DNA of 64,000 nt, taken from contig OZ024741.1 of assembly GCA_964016885.1 (NCBI GenBank), forward strand, positions 283,650,001 through 283,714,000. Direction: 5' to 3'. The position numbers and the translations under genes were made by a program. The stretch is from Eledone cirrhosa (taxonomy: Eukaryota). The notes below the pieces were generated by a model. The model saw only the letters and a program-made list of their open reading frames with translations, did not search any database and was not told the DNA's origin. Positions 14,443 to 27,900 of this stretch are shown here, piece after piece. Within the stretch, counting starts at the first letter, position 1. Each line of letters starts with the position of its first letter.

Positions 14443-17400
14443 ATCATCATCGTTTAACGTCCATTTCCCATGCTAGCATGTGTCTGGACGGGAATTGTCC
14501 CACTAGAGGCAAGATTGGTTGTCTTGCTCAGGACTGTCTGGCGGGTTTTCTACGGCTGGATGACCTTCCTAACACCAACCACGTTTACAGTGTGGACTGG
14601 GAGGTTTTTACCGTGTTACCTACACGGCCACATTACAGCGTGGACCCTGTGATTTTTTGTCGTGACATCTACACGACCTCATTTATTTAGGACTTGATGT
14701 TGTGGTACCAACATAGCTTTACATCCATAGGGGTGGTGTAGATGGCGGTGGGGGTAGGGTTAGTGGGACAAGGGTGTATTTTGGTTAAGAAGTGCCTTCT
14801 GACTGTAGGTTTCGCTTTGTACTTAGGCAAGGTGGGTCTTCTGTATTACTACGTAGTGCCAAAGATCTCGGTCCAGTGACATTGTCTTGGCGAGGTGTAA
14901 ATGTGTGAGGTCGGATTTTATCAAGTCGTCCCAGGTTTTTCTGGGTCTGCCTACTCCGTAGCTACCGTCTATTTTGATCGCCCTACACTTTTTTATACAG
15001 CTGTCATCTTTCATGCGAATCACGTGACCATACCAACATAGTCTTCTCTCGAGTAAACAGCATCTGATCCCTCTTATTCCTAATTTCTCACTGAGTTCAT
15101 TTATGCTTTGCCGTTTGCATATATTACTATTACACATCCAACGGAGCATGCAAGCTTCGTTCCTCTCCAGTCTGCGTAGATCCTCTGCACACAAGGCCCA
15201 TGTCTCACTGCCATGTAACATCACTGTTTGTATGCAGGCATCATACAGCCTGCCTTTTATTTTTAGAGAGAAACCTTTTGCGGCCAATAGTGGTATAAGC
15301 TCTCTGAACACTTTCCATCCCGTTCGGACTCTAGCTACAGTACTTTCAAAGCACCCTCCACCACTGCTGATTTTGTTACCCAGGTAACGGAAGGTGTCCA
15401 CTATTTCTATAGAACTATCTGTGCAATGGAATGAGCTAGTATTCTGTGGGCATTTGCTGCTACTTATTGCACCAGAGCACCGGCCACATATAAAATCTAT
15501 ATTCTTAGTTAGCTTACCTGTGATCCCACTACATCTTTTCTGCACCCATACTTTGCATTTGGGACATAAAATGGAGTTTCTGCCTACTCCTTTCCTACAC
15601 ACCGAGCATGGCTTTTCCCAGATGAGACCAGTGCCTTATTTTCCTTCCTACAAACTACAACTTTAGTCTTAGACAAGTTAACTTTAAGGCCTTTTGATTC
15701 TAGGCCATGCTTCCATGTTTGGAATTTCTTCTCTAGTTCAGCCATTGATTCGGCTATGAGCGTTACATCATCTGCCCATCGGCAGCCGGTCTTGAACTCC
15801 TCTGTTATAGCCTGAAGGGCAATAATAAATAGGAGGGGGCTAAGGATGGAGCCTTGATGAACACCAACTTTTACACTAAATTCTTCACTATATTCGTTGT
15901 TAATTCTAACCTTGCTGACTGTTTCTTTATACATGGCTTGTATAGCCATTCGTCAACACCTAGTTTTCTGAGAGCCCACCAGATAATGGTGCGTGAGGCT
16001 CTGTCAAAGGCTTTCTCCAAGTCAACAAAAACTAAGTATAGAGGTGTACTTTTAGCTAGGTACTTCTCCTGTAGTTGTTGTACAATGAAAAGAGCGTCTG
16101 TGGTACTTTTACCTGACACAAACCCGAATTGCATTTCATCTAGATAAATTCGCTCTCTGATTAGTTGTGCTATTACTTTTTCTGTGATCTTCATGACCTG
16201 GTCAATTAATTTAATGCCTCTATAGTTTTCCCTATCTAGGGTGTCTCCTTTACCCTTGTAGCAGTTAATGATGATGCTGCTACGCCAGTCCTTTGGTACG
16301 ACCCCATTCTGTATAAATTGGTTTACTATCCAGGTGGCCATAGTGTGTCCCACCATTCCAGAAGCTTTCAGCATTTCAGCACCTATTTCCAAAGGCCCAG
16401 CCGCCTTGTCCGTCTTCATATCTTTGATTGCCTTACTTATTATACTACCTTCAACTTGCACTGCTGGTCCCTCTATTGGATCGATGTGGGGGAGGCTGTC
16501 TTTCTCCCATTTATTCTCCTCATTTAGTAGCCTTTCGTAGTGACACTTCCAAGCTACCTTCTTATCAGCGTCAGTGATGGCCAGTACACCATCATCATTA
16601 TGGACACACTTCTCCCCGACAATATCACGGTTCTCCTTGACACATTGTCTAGCAATCCTGAACATCTCCCGTTTTTGGTCCTCACCTTGTAGAACATGCT
16701 TGAACTTTTTTTCCGCTGCTTCCCTTCTTGCAAAGTACACTTGTCTCCTAGCTTCCCTCCTGGCCACTTGATAGTCTTCTCTACTTCCCCCATCCCGCCA
16801 TACTTTCCAAGCCTGCTTTTTGGCCTTGATTGACTCCTCCACCTTACTGTTCCACCACCAAGTTACTCTCCTCCTGCCAATAGGTCTGCTCCAGCCACAG
16901 ATTTCATCTGTCGCCTTCAGCAGTTTAGATTTCAGGAATTCCCACTGTTCCTCTATATTGTACGACTAATTGCTCTTCCTTACTGTCAAAAGTAATATGA
17001 TTTTAAATTTATTACTGGCTGTGGGTCCTTTAAGTTCCATATTTTTCTCCTAAGGATAGTCCTCCTCTGTTGTCGAATATGTCTCGTCCTGACTATGAGG
17101 TCGCTAACTATGAGACTATGTTGGGAGGTGCATTTTTGATGGGGGAGGGATTTAGTGTTTACAATAGAAACTGTCTCGTCTTCTGGTAAGGATATAATCT
17201 ATCTGACTGGTGTATTCCCTGATCTATAGGTGATCAAGTGATTGTCTCGCTTTTTGAAGTTTGTGTTACAGATAGTTAGATTATTTGCGTCACAGAATTC
17301 CAGGATTCTGGAGCCTTCCTCATTTCTAGTACCAAACCCATAGCCTCCATGGATTCCGTCATAGCCGTCACAGTGTTGTCCAATGTGACCATTTAGGTCG

Positions 17401-18700
17401 CCAGCAATAATTATATAGTCACTGTCGGTTATTTGGGAGGTAATGAGCATTAACGACTCATAGAATCTGTCTTTTATAATGCCAGGCAGTCCGGGTTGGG
17501 GTGCATACGCAGATATTATCGTCACAGTAGTTCTATTGAGGACAAGTCTTATTTTAATTATTCTGTCGTTCACTCTATTTACGTCTATTATCTTATCTAC
17601 CCATTTTCCTGCTAGGATGATTCCTACTCCACCCAGCCCATTGTCATTTCCCACCCACAAAAGCTTATAGCAACGTTTTTTACCCACACTGAATCTAGCA
17701 GACCCACCCCTCCACTTGGTCTCTTGAATACAGCAAACATCAACCTCCTTACGATCAAGCATCTCTACAACCTCGTTAGAGCGACCTTTTAAGGTACCTA
17801 CATTCATGGTACCAACTCTGAAGTTTTGGATTGCGTTTGGTGGGTGGGAATGACAGGGCGCAGGGAGGGGTGAGGGAGATGGGGCTATGTTAGCCGTCCG
17901 CGGCCTAAATAAAGAGGAGGAGTCCTTGCATTCTCGTCCGGCAGCATGAGGGGAATTTGTCTTTGGCATTGTCACTGAGTGTCCAGATTTTTCAGACTCT
18001 CCAGAATTCCGTAGTCCATCCATCATATCGAAAGGCAACCAGGTCTAAACTTAAGTGATAACATAGGCCGCTGACTTATGATTGGTCCAAATAATAATGG
18101 TGGTGAGTGGGGGCAGGGGGATATGGGGGTAGTTGGCGAGGTTATAAAATAAAATCCACGAAATTATGGCCATAATCGAACGAGCATATAACTGTAATAA
18201 GGGAAGAATTATGGGATTTTAAAATACCAGAAGATTATTTTGAACGATCAGACAGAATTATCGAATAGCATTGAAAAAGAAAAGGTTGTATTCTTGACGA
18301 TATGATACAGCTAGATAAATGGACAAGGGAGCATGGAGAGACGAGAAAATAGGATTCATTTCACAGAAGACTTAGCGAGCGATGTAGCCAAGAATATGGG
18401 TCGACAAATTCTGAGTTTCGTACCCCGCAACAGTTTATTTTATGTTTGAAGAGAGAGGGGATGGGATTGAGAGAGAGCCAGCAGGCGTGTATACAATGTA
18501 TGGGGGGGGGGGGGGGGTAGTAGGGAGCAGGAAGGTTAATTTATAAAATCCTAGAATTTCGACCATATTTAAACTAGCGAGGAAGTTATTTTATAAAAAT
18601 AAAAATTGAGAAAAGTTTATAGAATAAAATCCACGAATTTTTGGCCATAATTGGACGAGCATATAACTAGGGTAGTTAGCGAGAAGGTTATAAAATAAAA
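14443..18700 (-). mobile_element. Near full-length but frameshifted RTE LINE (APE + RT) with repeated 5' segments
   Basis: APE: TMNVGTL, CIQETKW, SAYAPQ, AGDLNGHIG. RT: YRGIKL, QFGF, FVDLEKAFD, GVHQGS, ADD. Same 3' UTR as 11777-12170. The AAAATCCACGAA...GAGCATATAACT block recurs near 18150 and 18626. The 5' boundary is approximate. Confidence 0.88.
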
Positions 18701-18951
18701 TAAAATAAAATATGTATATATGTATGTATATATATATATATTAATTCTGGCAATATTACACAAATATGACCCTCCCCAAGTATAACAATATATATATACA
18801 TATATACATATATAAATACATATATACATATATACATATATAAATATATATACATATATATACATATATATATAAACATATATATACAGACTGGTCGGTC
18901 AAGGTGATCAAGGTGATTATATATATATATATATACATACATATATATATA

Positions 18952-19525
18952 TGGAAACAACAGTTGGAATCAAGAGGACTGAGAGTGAACATAGCTAAGA
19001 CAAAAGTGTTGATAAGTAGAAGAGAGGACAATACTCCGATTCCATCAGGGAAATGGCCATGTTCGATATATAGGAAAGGAACTGGCATAAATTCCAGATC
19101 TTGGGTACACAAGAGTTGTAGTGGGATAGCAGGCAAAATAACAGGTAGGGAAAACTACATATGCAGTAGATGTACTGGGAAAGTTGGCAGTATTAATTGC
19201 AATGATAGACACATTTTTCCGATGCAGGTGGGTTCTATAGAAGTGGTTGATAGCTTCCGGTACCTAGGTGATCAGATTAGCATGGGAGGGGTGTGTTCCG
19301 AGGCCATAATATCTAGAATAAGAACGGGTTGGAAGAAATTTAGGGAGCTGCTTCCTTTGTTGACAAAGAAGCGTTTCTCCCTGCGTACGAAAGAACGGTT
19401 ATATGATGCCTGTGTGAGATGCACGATGCTGCATGGTAGTGAGACATGGGCAACAACTGTAGAGGATATGCGATGGCTGGAGAGATATGAAGCAAGTAAG
19501 CTCCGTTGGATGTGCAATGTCAACA
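18952..19525 (+). mobile_element. RTE RT fragment (diverged subfamily)
   Basis: [52 protein letters not shown]. Confidence 0.85.
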
Positions 19526-19849
19526 ATTTTTGAAATGTTGTGTGCCTCTTAAATGAGATTATTCAATTCTTATGTATTTTAATGTCCTGAATCCAAATAT
19601 TGCCTTGATGAATGCATATTAGCTACAGGCTTAAAGATACACGACATGTAATATTTGATTATTTTATTATAATGTGCAATATGTGTGATTATGTTTTAAG
19701 CTTTAGTCCGTATCTACTCTCTGCCCTTTTGCTTGATTTTTATAGTGGGCTGAAAAATCATCTCTTGCCCATGTCCAGCAATAGTCTTCAAGTATTGTTG
19801 TGCACCATTTGCTCTAGTACAGCTTTTCCATGATTGAAATAACTTGGTG

Positions 19850-21246
19850 AAACCTATTACCACGTTCGTCACTAACTACCTCACAGTTCATTGGAAAAAA
19901 GCCTAAATGGGAGTCCAAAAAGTTGATTTTAAGTGACATGTTCCCATATTCTTGTAAGCTTGGGTGAGGTTTTCCACCAATTCTTCATAGTTTCCTTCCC
20001 TTCGCCACTAACTTGAATGCTTCCCAAGAAGTTTTCTCCTCTCCATGAAGGGTTGATTTAACGTCACCATCTTTAAGAAGCTCTCAGATGTGAGGGCCAA
20101 TGGAGACTCCCTTTTTTATCTTAGCATTGCTCAATGAGGGGAATTTTGATGCTAAAAAATTGAATCCCTGACCGGATATGTCCATAGCTTTTACAAAGTT
20201 TTTCATGAGCCCCAGTTTTATGTGTATTGGTGGTAGCAACATTTTGTTTGGTTCAGTGAGAAGTGGCTGATGAACATTTTTCATTCCAGGCTCCAATGAT
20301 TGATGAGGTGGCCAGTCTCTCCTTATATAGTGGGAACCTCTTGCATGGCTGTCCCATTCAAAAAGAAAGCAGCAGTATTTGGCATATCCACCCTGAAGCC
20401 CATCACAAGAGCAAGAACCTTTAAGTTACCACAAAGCTGCCATTGATGTTCATCAATTTTATACATTGCAACATGCTTTATATCCTCATAAGTTTCTTTC
20501 ATATGTGATGCATAGCCCACAGGAACTGGTGGTTCACTATTGCCATTATGCAGCAAGACATCTTTCAGATTAGTTTTTGAGGAATCTATGAACAGCCTCC
20601 AGTGACTGGGTTCGTATTCAATACCAAGTGCTTCCATCAGACCATTAATATTGTTGCAGGCCAATAAATCCCCTTCCATTATGAAGAAATTGCTGAACTG
20701 CTGCTGATAATCACAAAATTTTGAAATCTTCACATCAGCTGCTAGGACATTCCACTAAGGATGAGAATCTAGCAGTTCTGCCTTATTTTTAGATAGTTGT
20801 AGATCCCTGACAAGGTCATGGAGTTCCCCTTGTGTTATGAGGTGTGATGTAGAGGAGTGTGCTTCATCCAAATTATATCATTCAGTAGGAAAATAAAATT
20901 AATATAAAATGCCTCACATGCATATTAATAGCTTTCTCAATGAATATTTATTATAAGTTTAACAAGTGTTTGACGAGGAAAATCACCTACCTTTCACCTT
21001 AATATATAAACTTGCACATCACATCCACCTCTTATGACTGCTGGAACAATACTGAAGGGCAGTAGGACTATGAGTGTGGTAAGAAATACACTGCCGCAAG
21101 CCTGTTGGAGCTGGCTATGACACGTATGTGTATGTTTAAAAGTAGAGCTAATAAACAGCTTTAACCATGATATTCATTATCAGCAAACTAAAATTCGTTA
21201 GAAATTGCTACTTTGGTCTCAGAAGCATTTTGGTTGTTGACCAGTG
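19850..21246 (-). mobile_element. Decayed DNA transposon, Chapaev3 (CMC)-like transposase remnant
   Basis: WRLFIDSSK..VLLHNGN..HMKETYE, WQLCGNLKV, LLPPIHIKLGLMKNFVKAMD, GPHI, MSLKINFLDSHL..VSDE. Terminus reads CACTGGTCAACAA on the minus strand at 21246. Family assigned from recalled motifs. Confidence 0.7.
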
Positions 21247-21299
21247 TAGATTGGAAAGAAATAGCGCTTGCATACTCTGATGGGTGTGTAATAGAAGTG

Positions 21300-21900
21300 T
21301 GCATGAATGGCGAAGTGTAAATAAATTGAGAATGAAACTAAGCATAAGAGAGATCAAGTGTTGTATGCAGGAGAGAAGACTGTGATGGTATGGACATGTG
21401 ATGCAGGTGAAGGGTGACAGCTATATGAAAATGTGCAGGGTGCTCGAAGTTGTATGATGTTTCAGAAGAGAAAGACCTAAGAAGACATGGGATGAAATGA
21501 TAAAAGGTGATCTGGCTAGCTGGACCTCTCAATGGTGATGACACATGAGCAAGAACTCTGACACTATGACATACGACAACCCAGTCAAGCCCACTCCATA
21601 AGCATGATCTGTGCTTAGGAAGGGCATTTAACAGTCATAAAAACACAGCCAAAACATGGTTCCGCTATGTGCAGGGTACTACACTGCAAACTGGGCATCC
21701 AGAAGTCATAGAAACCCAACTGACACACAGTTCCACTATAAGCAAGGTATGGTTGGCCAACTGGCCATAACACCCCATAATAGGACCACCCATGCCCTAC
21801 ACTATAATCATAGTTGGTGTTAGGAAGGGCATCCAGCAGCCATAAAAACTAGCCAAAATGCAGTCCTGTATGAGCAAGGATTAGTGTGGTAACTGGCCAA
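21300..21900 (+). mobile_element. Old RTE 3' remnant
   Basis: Degenerate RRL*WYGHVMQV, RPKKTWDE and TTAGGAAGGGCAT tail motifs. Confidence 0.6.
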
Positions 21901-22352
21901 ACATGCCTCATAATGGTTCCACCCAGCTCCCAAAATGTCTTCATTATCATCATCATTTAACATTTGCTTTCCTTGTTAGCAAGAGTTGGACAGGTTTTTA
22001 CAGCCAACATCAGTACTTAACCAGAGCTACTGACTTCTCAGATGCACCAGGGTGCTTGCATCTCATTTTTATATATTCCCACAAAATACAGAAATTACTG
22101 GGTGCATTTTACTGAAGAGACTATCATGATTTTGAAATAACTGAAGAGTCCTCCCAACCCTTTGTTTAGTAAGTTTTCAATGGGTTGATGCTCTTCCAAC
22201 CACTTTACAGAGTGCACTGGGTACTTTTATCATGTAGATGACCAACACTAGGGAGGTTGTCATTCCCTAGACACAGCTGAAGTGTCCTTCTATTTATTCA
22301 TTTTGAAAATTATGGTGATACCTAAAGCAATACAAAACATTAATTAACTCAC

Positions 22353-22528
22353 TCTCTGCTCCTCGTTACATTTTCTGAAATTGGCTTTATATATTTTCCC
22401 CAGTTGTAATCCCTTCACATGTTGTGGCATGTCCATTGTAATATTTCTTTCTATTAAAGTTATTTTATTTTCAATTATTTTCAACAATTTTGTATTATTT
22501 GTGGTATACTTAAATTTCATTTGTATGT
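22353..22528 (-). CDS. Candidate coding exon 5 of host gene
   Basis: Acceptor ...tctttatattcccacAG and donor GTGAGT; open frame (D)IQMKFKY...KCNEEQR, phase-compatible with exon 24221-24385. AT-rich, no recognisable motif. Confidence 0.45.
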
Positions 22529-23259
22529 CTGTGGGAATATAAAGACAGGCATTAAATCTACCTTCATACATTTAATGTAGGTAACATAAAAAATCTTTAA
22601 AGAACAGAAAATATTATGCAATAAAGGAAAAACAATGTTATATTGATTATTTTGGCAAGTACAGGAGAAACTCCAGACATGTTTCAGTATTATTGAGCCT
22701 CTTCCACAAAGCATAGTCTTTCATATGACTTGTGTTTTCTTCATATTGATCTAAAAATTACCATCTAAATTAAATTATTTTCCCTTCCAGTTAAAATTTT
22801 AATGGAACAATGTCATCCCCATACTTTTGTTTTATTCAAGAAAGGTGAATTTGCAGAGCTTAAAAACTACACCCCACTCCCAACCTCCTGCCTAACTTGT
22901 TAAAACTATTCACTTGAGTGCTTACAAATCTGAACAATACGAACAGAATCAGCAGGTTTCAGAAATAGGTTTTCTATAGGAACCAAGTTTTCAGAAACGG
23001 ATAATATAGAAAACCCTTGTGTTGAGGACGATGTGTAGAAAGAATTTGATAGCATTGAAACCCATTCTATACTTGAAGATTTTATTGACCAGGTAATATA
23101 TCAAACTTATATACAAATTATCATGAAAATTAATAATCAAGGCTGATCATTTATAAAACTTCACGCTGAAAGTGAAAAGTTCAACAGTGAAAGAGGAATA
23201 AGAAAAATGGAAATAATATCACCATAACTCTTTAATGCTGCATTGGAAAGCATATTTAA

Positions 23260-23565
23260 CCCTTTAGCATTTAAACCGGCTGTATCCAGCCAGAATTCGC
23301 TCTCCTCTTTCTGTTCAAACTGGCTGTAACTGGCCATTCATACTGATGTTAAGGTATTGTTCTCAAAATAAATAATATCAAAATCTCATAGATTCGATAT
23401 TATGTGAGATAATTATAGGAGGTAAAGCCTTTACCATGAAAATACAATAGTATATATAGAGTAATGTAGATGCTATGTGAGATATTATGTGAGATAATTA
23501 TAGGAGGTAAAGCCTTTACCATGAAAATACAATAGTATATATAGAGTAATGTAGATGCTAAAAGG
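23260..23565. mobile_element. piggyBac-like MITE (TTAA target site) with internal ~80-bp duplication
   Basis: TTAA|CCCTTTAGCAT ... ATGCTAAAAGG|TTAA; homologous inverted copy at 33007-33225. Confidence 0.8.
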
Positions 23566-23624
23566 TTAAAAATCTTAATGATATGTCTAAGACTATCTTA
23601 TTCAATCATATAAGTTGTGGCTGT

Positions 23625-23800
23625 TGTTATAGTCATCACCATCATCATTATCACTGTCACTGTCGCCATTATTGTTGTCATTCCGCTCCTCAACATTATT
23701 GTCATTGTCATCATCATCATCGTCATCACCATCGTCATCACCATAATTTCATTGTCATCATCCTCATCATCATCATCATTGTCATTGTCATCATCATCAC
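23625..23800. repeat. Degenerate (CAT)n microsatellite
   Basis: Direct reading; similar tract at 32390-32576. Confidence 0.9.
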
Positions 23801-23934
23801 AATTTAACCCCAGGTCAGCACTGATTTGAGCAGAATTTTAGCCTTGAAACCATTTTAGAGGTATGTCTTGGACTATCTTATGCCATCTATCTTCCTTATT
23901 TAAAACAATAGGATGTTATGAGGGATATCTGGTT

Positions 23935-24185
23935 GGCTGATATTACTAGCACACCAACTTCTCTCATTGTCATATAGTGCAATTCCACATTATGGCTACT
24001 ATTTCTAGCACACCAAGCTCTCTCATTACATTGTCATATAGTGCAATTCCACATTATGGCTGCTATTTCTAGCACACCAAGTTCTTTCGTTACATTGTCA
24101 TATAGTGCAGTTTCATAGTATGGCTGCTATTTCTAGCACACCAAGTTCTCTCATTATATTGTAATATAGTGCAGTTTCACAGTAT
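23935..24185. repeat. Minisatellite, about 4 copies of a ~62-bp unit
   Basis: CTAGCACACCAAG..TCATTACATTGTCATATAGTGCA..TATGGCT repeated. Confidence 0.9.
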
Positions 24186-24220
24186 ACAGACAAATCCAAA
24201 GTAAAACCAAACTGACTTAC

Positions 24221-24385
24221 CATAGCTGCATCGAATACCATAAACTTTAAGAGAGAACGTTGTACTTTCAGAGACATTCACAGTTACTGAGGTGCCATAA
24301 ACGTTTCGGTCACACATCACATCACCGGTTACCACTTCAGTCTTTACACATAATTTTGAGTCACTTCCATTGTGAGCTGTTAGAG
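24221..24385 (-). CDS. Host gene coding exon 4 (165 nt, phase 1-1)
   Basis: ttattttccAG acceptor and GTAAGT donor; open frame LTAHNGSDSKLCVKTEVVTGDVMCDRNVYGTSVTVNVSESTTFSLKVYGIRCSY. Confidence 0.78.
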
Positions 24386-24409
24386 CTGGAAAATAAATAA
24401 TAATAATTA

Positions 24410-24605
24410 TGATTTCTACTATAGGCTCAAGACTGTCAATTTGGGGAGAAGAGAAAGTCGATTAAATCGACCCCAATGTATTACTGGTGTTTTAATTCAT
24501 CAACTCGTAAGGATGAAAGGTAAAGCTAACCTCGGCAAGATTTGAACTCAGAGCGTAAAGGGCTATAACTCTATGCCGCAAAGCTCTACTTTGATGCTCT
24601 ACTGA
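24410..24605 (-). mobile_element. tRNA-derived SINE (Meta-domain-like), (AAT)n-associated
   Basis: AAGGATGAAAGGTAAAG..CCTCGGC..ATTTGAACTCAG (B box in reverse). Other copies near 33570-33768(+), 45790-45905, 46955-47088, 47873-48040 and 53572-53660(+). Confidence 0.8.
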
Positions 24606-24703
24606 TAGAGCCTACATATAGGGGACAATACAAAAAGACAGGGACATGGGGGGGTTACAAAAAAATAATTAATAAAAATACAAACAGTATTCTTCAATAG
24701 TGC

Positions 24704-24982
24704 GGAGAACTACCCAAGGGCAACTCAGTTACCCCACCAATCCTGAACCATCCATCACTTCGAGAGCACCTAGGAAAGGCTCCCCTCTTCTCAAATCAAC
24801 CAACCTACAGGTACATTCTCAGAGAAGTGCTGCCCTGCCCCCATCAGTATATTTTCTAAACAGGTTCTAAACATTTTCTAGGTTGGTTGATTTGAGAAGA
24901 GGGGAGCCTTTCCTAGGTGCTCTCGAAGTGATGGATGGTTCAGGATTGGTGGGGTAACTGAGTTGCCCTTGGGTAGTTCTCC
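24704..24982. repeat. Perfect 104-bp inverted repeat with 71-bp spacer
   Basis: 24704-24807 is the exact reverse complement of 24879-24982. Confidence 0.92.
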
Positions 24983-24999
24983 CCACTATTGGAGAATTC

Positions 25000-27900
25000 T
25001 GTTGTTTGTATTTTTATTGTTTGTATTTTTAGTGAAACTTGAAAAAAGTTGAGGGATTGGCCGAAGAAAAAAGTGTTTGTCTTCAGTTCTTTCAACCTGG
25101 TCCACCATATAACCTCTTTCACTATTGCCACCAGACTGAAGAAAACTGCCTGCCCTTCCCAGCCAAAAGAAGGTGGTGGGGCAATCTTCACTATGGTCTC
25201 GATAGCTGGATCAGTCATGGACGTGACAACAGCTGTTTGATATAACTCCACAAGTCAGTAATACACGGACACTGGACGAGTGCATGCAGAATGATTTCAT
25301 TGCTCTGTCACTTCTCAAGCAGGTCTGTCTTATAGCACTTCCGTGCCTGTAGAGTTTATTTCAAAACCGGCAGTGCCCCCCTCCCTGGTATCTCCACCAA
25401 GCAAGGGATTTTTGAAAGTTATTCATAGTCCCCAGCTCAAAAGTCCTCTGGAACAGACTGGTCAGTTCGATTTTGTTGATGCCCAGAACCTCTCCAAGAG
25501 CGTTGTTGCACTTGCCCCCCACTAATCCTCTAAAGAACTCAAGAGTGGAAATTCCACAGACTGAATTGCTTGCCTGGTGGAAGGCAGTGAGCACCTGGCA
25601 ACATTCCAGATGCCAGGCCCAGTCTTGGTTTTTTTCTTGATCCATGTCTGCAGCTTAGTCAAAGAGACAAGCTGTGAAAAGACCTATCTCAAAAATGGGA
25701 ACCACACCTGTTCACCATTTAAGAGTATCTGATGCCATAGCCTCAGTGCATGTTTGTGTATCATCAGCCATGGCATGCCCAGCCCTCTGCATAAAAGGTG
25801 CTGGCAGCAAATGAACTGCCTCACCAATGAAACCTGTCCCTTCCACAAAAAACGAGAGAGCAGACATTCCAATTTGGTGAGGTGTTAATGGGGGCAAAGC
25901 ATGATGGTCAGGTAGTAGTAGATGACAGATGCGATGTACATGTTCACCACCTCTGCCTGGCCTTTCAGGGTTAGCTTTCTCTCAGCCCATTTCTGGGTGA
26001 GAGTGGTCACCCTGTTCGTTAACTCATCCCAGTTCATATCCACCTGGAGTTCCAGTCTGAACCAGACATCAAGTAACTTCACCAGTCTATCATCCAGCAT
26101 CCAATGATGGTGTTGAATGGCATGGATTTGCCCCTCCAGGTGCCGAGCTGCAAACCCACCAACTTTTCTGGGTTCAGTTTAGTTCCTGTCAACCGTTCAT
26201 ATTCTTCTAAGAAGGTGCCGACCACCTCAATTTCTTTCTGAGTTTCATACCATCACAGTGATATCATCTGCATATGCCAACACAGCCTTGTCATGTCCCA
26301 GTTCGAATGGGATGCCCTGCAATAGCTCCAGTTTTCGCAGTAAAGGCTTGAGAGTCAATACATATAGAATGGAAAAAAGAGGGCACCCTTAATGGACTAA
26401 TTGCATGATCTGAAACAGTTCCAAAAGATGGCCTTTTACTTTGACCACCAAGCAGAAACCTCTGTGCATTGCAGCAATCCAGCCTCTGAAGATGGAACCA
26501 AAGTCAGCTGCCTTGAGGACTGCCTCAAGGTATTGATGGTTGACCCTATCAAAAGCTTTCAATTGATCTAAATTGATCAGAGCCCCACTGAAGCCAGGTT
26601 TACACCTTACCTTCTCTATGATGTATTGCATGAGGTGGCAGTTGTCATGCATGGACCTGGTTGGGATTGTGCAAGTTTGCCCCTCCCTTACCAAAACTTC
26701 CAATATCCTCAAAGTATATCGGAGAACAAGTCTGACATTTCTGTGTAAAACTCGTAGGGCAGACCATCCAAACTGGGTAATACCTCGTGCAATTGACCAA
26801 GGCATCCCAAATCTTGGCTGATGTTATCAGCCTCTTGCAGCACCCAGCATCAGCTGGGAAAAGTCGCTAAAGGCCATCGAGGTAGGAATTGAAGTCTGCC
26901 ACTATCTCCGACCCCCATCCTCCCTGAACAGTCGAGCAAAGTCCTGACAAAAGGCCACACACATCTGCTTGGAATCGTTCAGCATGCATTCATCTCGGTC
27001 CATCAAAGACCAAATCATGGTTTGGTTACCATGCTGCACAACAACCACTCGGGCTCTTCAAACAGCTTTGGCTCCCTCATTTTTTAAAGCATGGGCCTTA
27101 GCTCCAACAATCTTCATGTTTCACATTGAAGAAATGATCTAATGCCATTCTTGCTGCTAGTATGTCAGTAGCAATGGCACTACTGATCACCTAAATTCGC
27201 TACCATCTCACCCTCCTTTCTATTTTTTTCTATTGCTACTTCTTTGCTAAATCCTATTGGCACTACTATAATCTCTCTCTTGAGAGAACCCTACCACCTG
27301 TTGTTTTCATCACCCCCTGTCAACTTACACTAAACAATTGTGGGAATAACACATTAAGCTTCCAGTAACCAAGTGTGGGTGTTCAAGTGTGTATTTTTGG
27401 GGGGAGGGTGAATGGGAGTGGGCGAGCTTTCCTCATCTTCCCCTTGAGTTGATTTAGTCCTGATTGTTGTTGGTGGTGGATTAGCTGCTGCTGCTGCTGG
27501 TGGTGGCTTTGCCAGTTGTGCCTGCTGTATGTTCCAGCACTAGTGTTGGCAGTAATGGAGGTCTGCATCCCCCTGCATTTTTGAGCTGAGGGCAGAAGGC
27601 TCGCTAATGTGTTGTTTTACTGCAGACGAAGCAGTGTGGCCTTCTACCGTCAGTGACCACTTGTAGGGTGGACATGTCCAGAAGGCAAACATGGTCCGGG
27701 ATATTTTTGATACCATCTGGTTTGATTTGGAGAAGAATCTCCAAATTCACCCCAGACCAGTCCTCTCTAGACGTTTTTCTTATGTCTATGGGGGTATCAT
27801 AGGTACTCTCCTCAATCACACATCCCATGAATCACCATAAATTCAGTCCTGTTGTGATCCTGGGAATGCGGACCTTTATAGTTCTTCTGCCCATGTGGGA

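Noticed and set aside
22650-22750. Possible extra exon (DQYEENTSH...) on the minus strand
   Set aside because: Acceptor is plausible but there is no good phase-compatible donor.
23935-24185. Regular repeats resembling a CRISPR array
   Set aside because: Contiguous tandem units without unique spacers, eukaryotic context, no cas genes.
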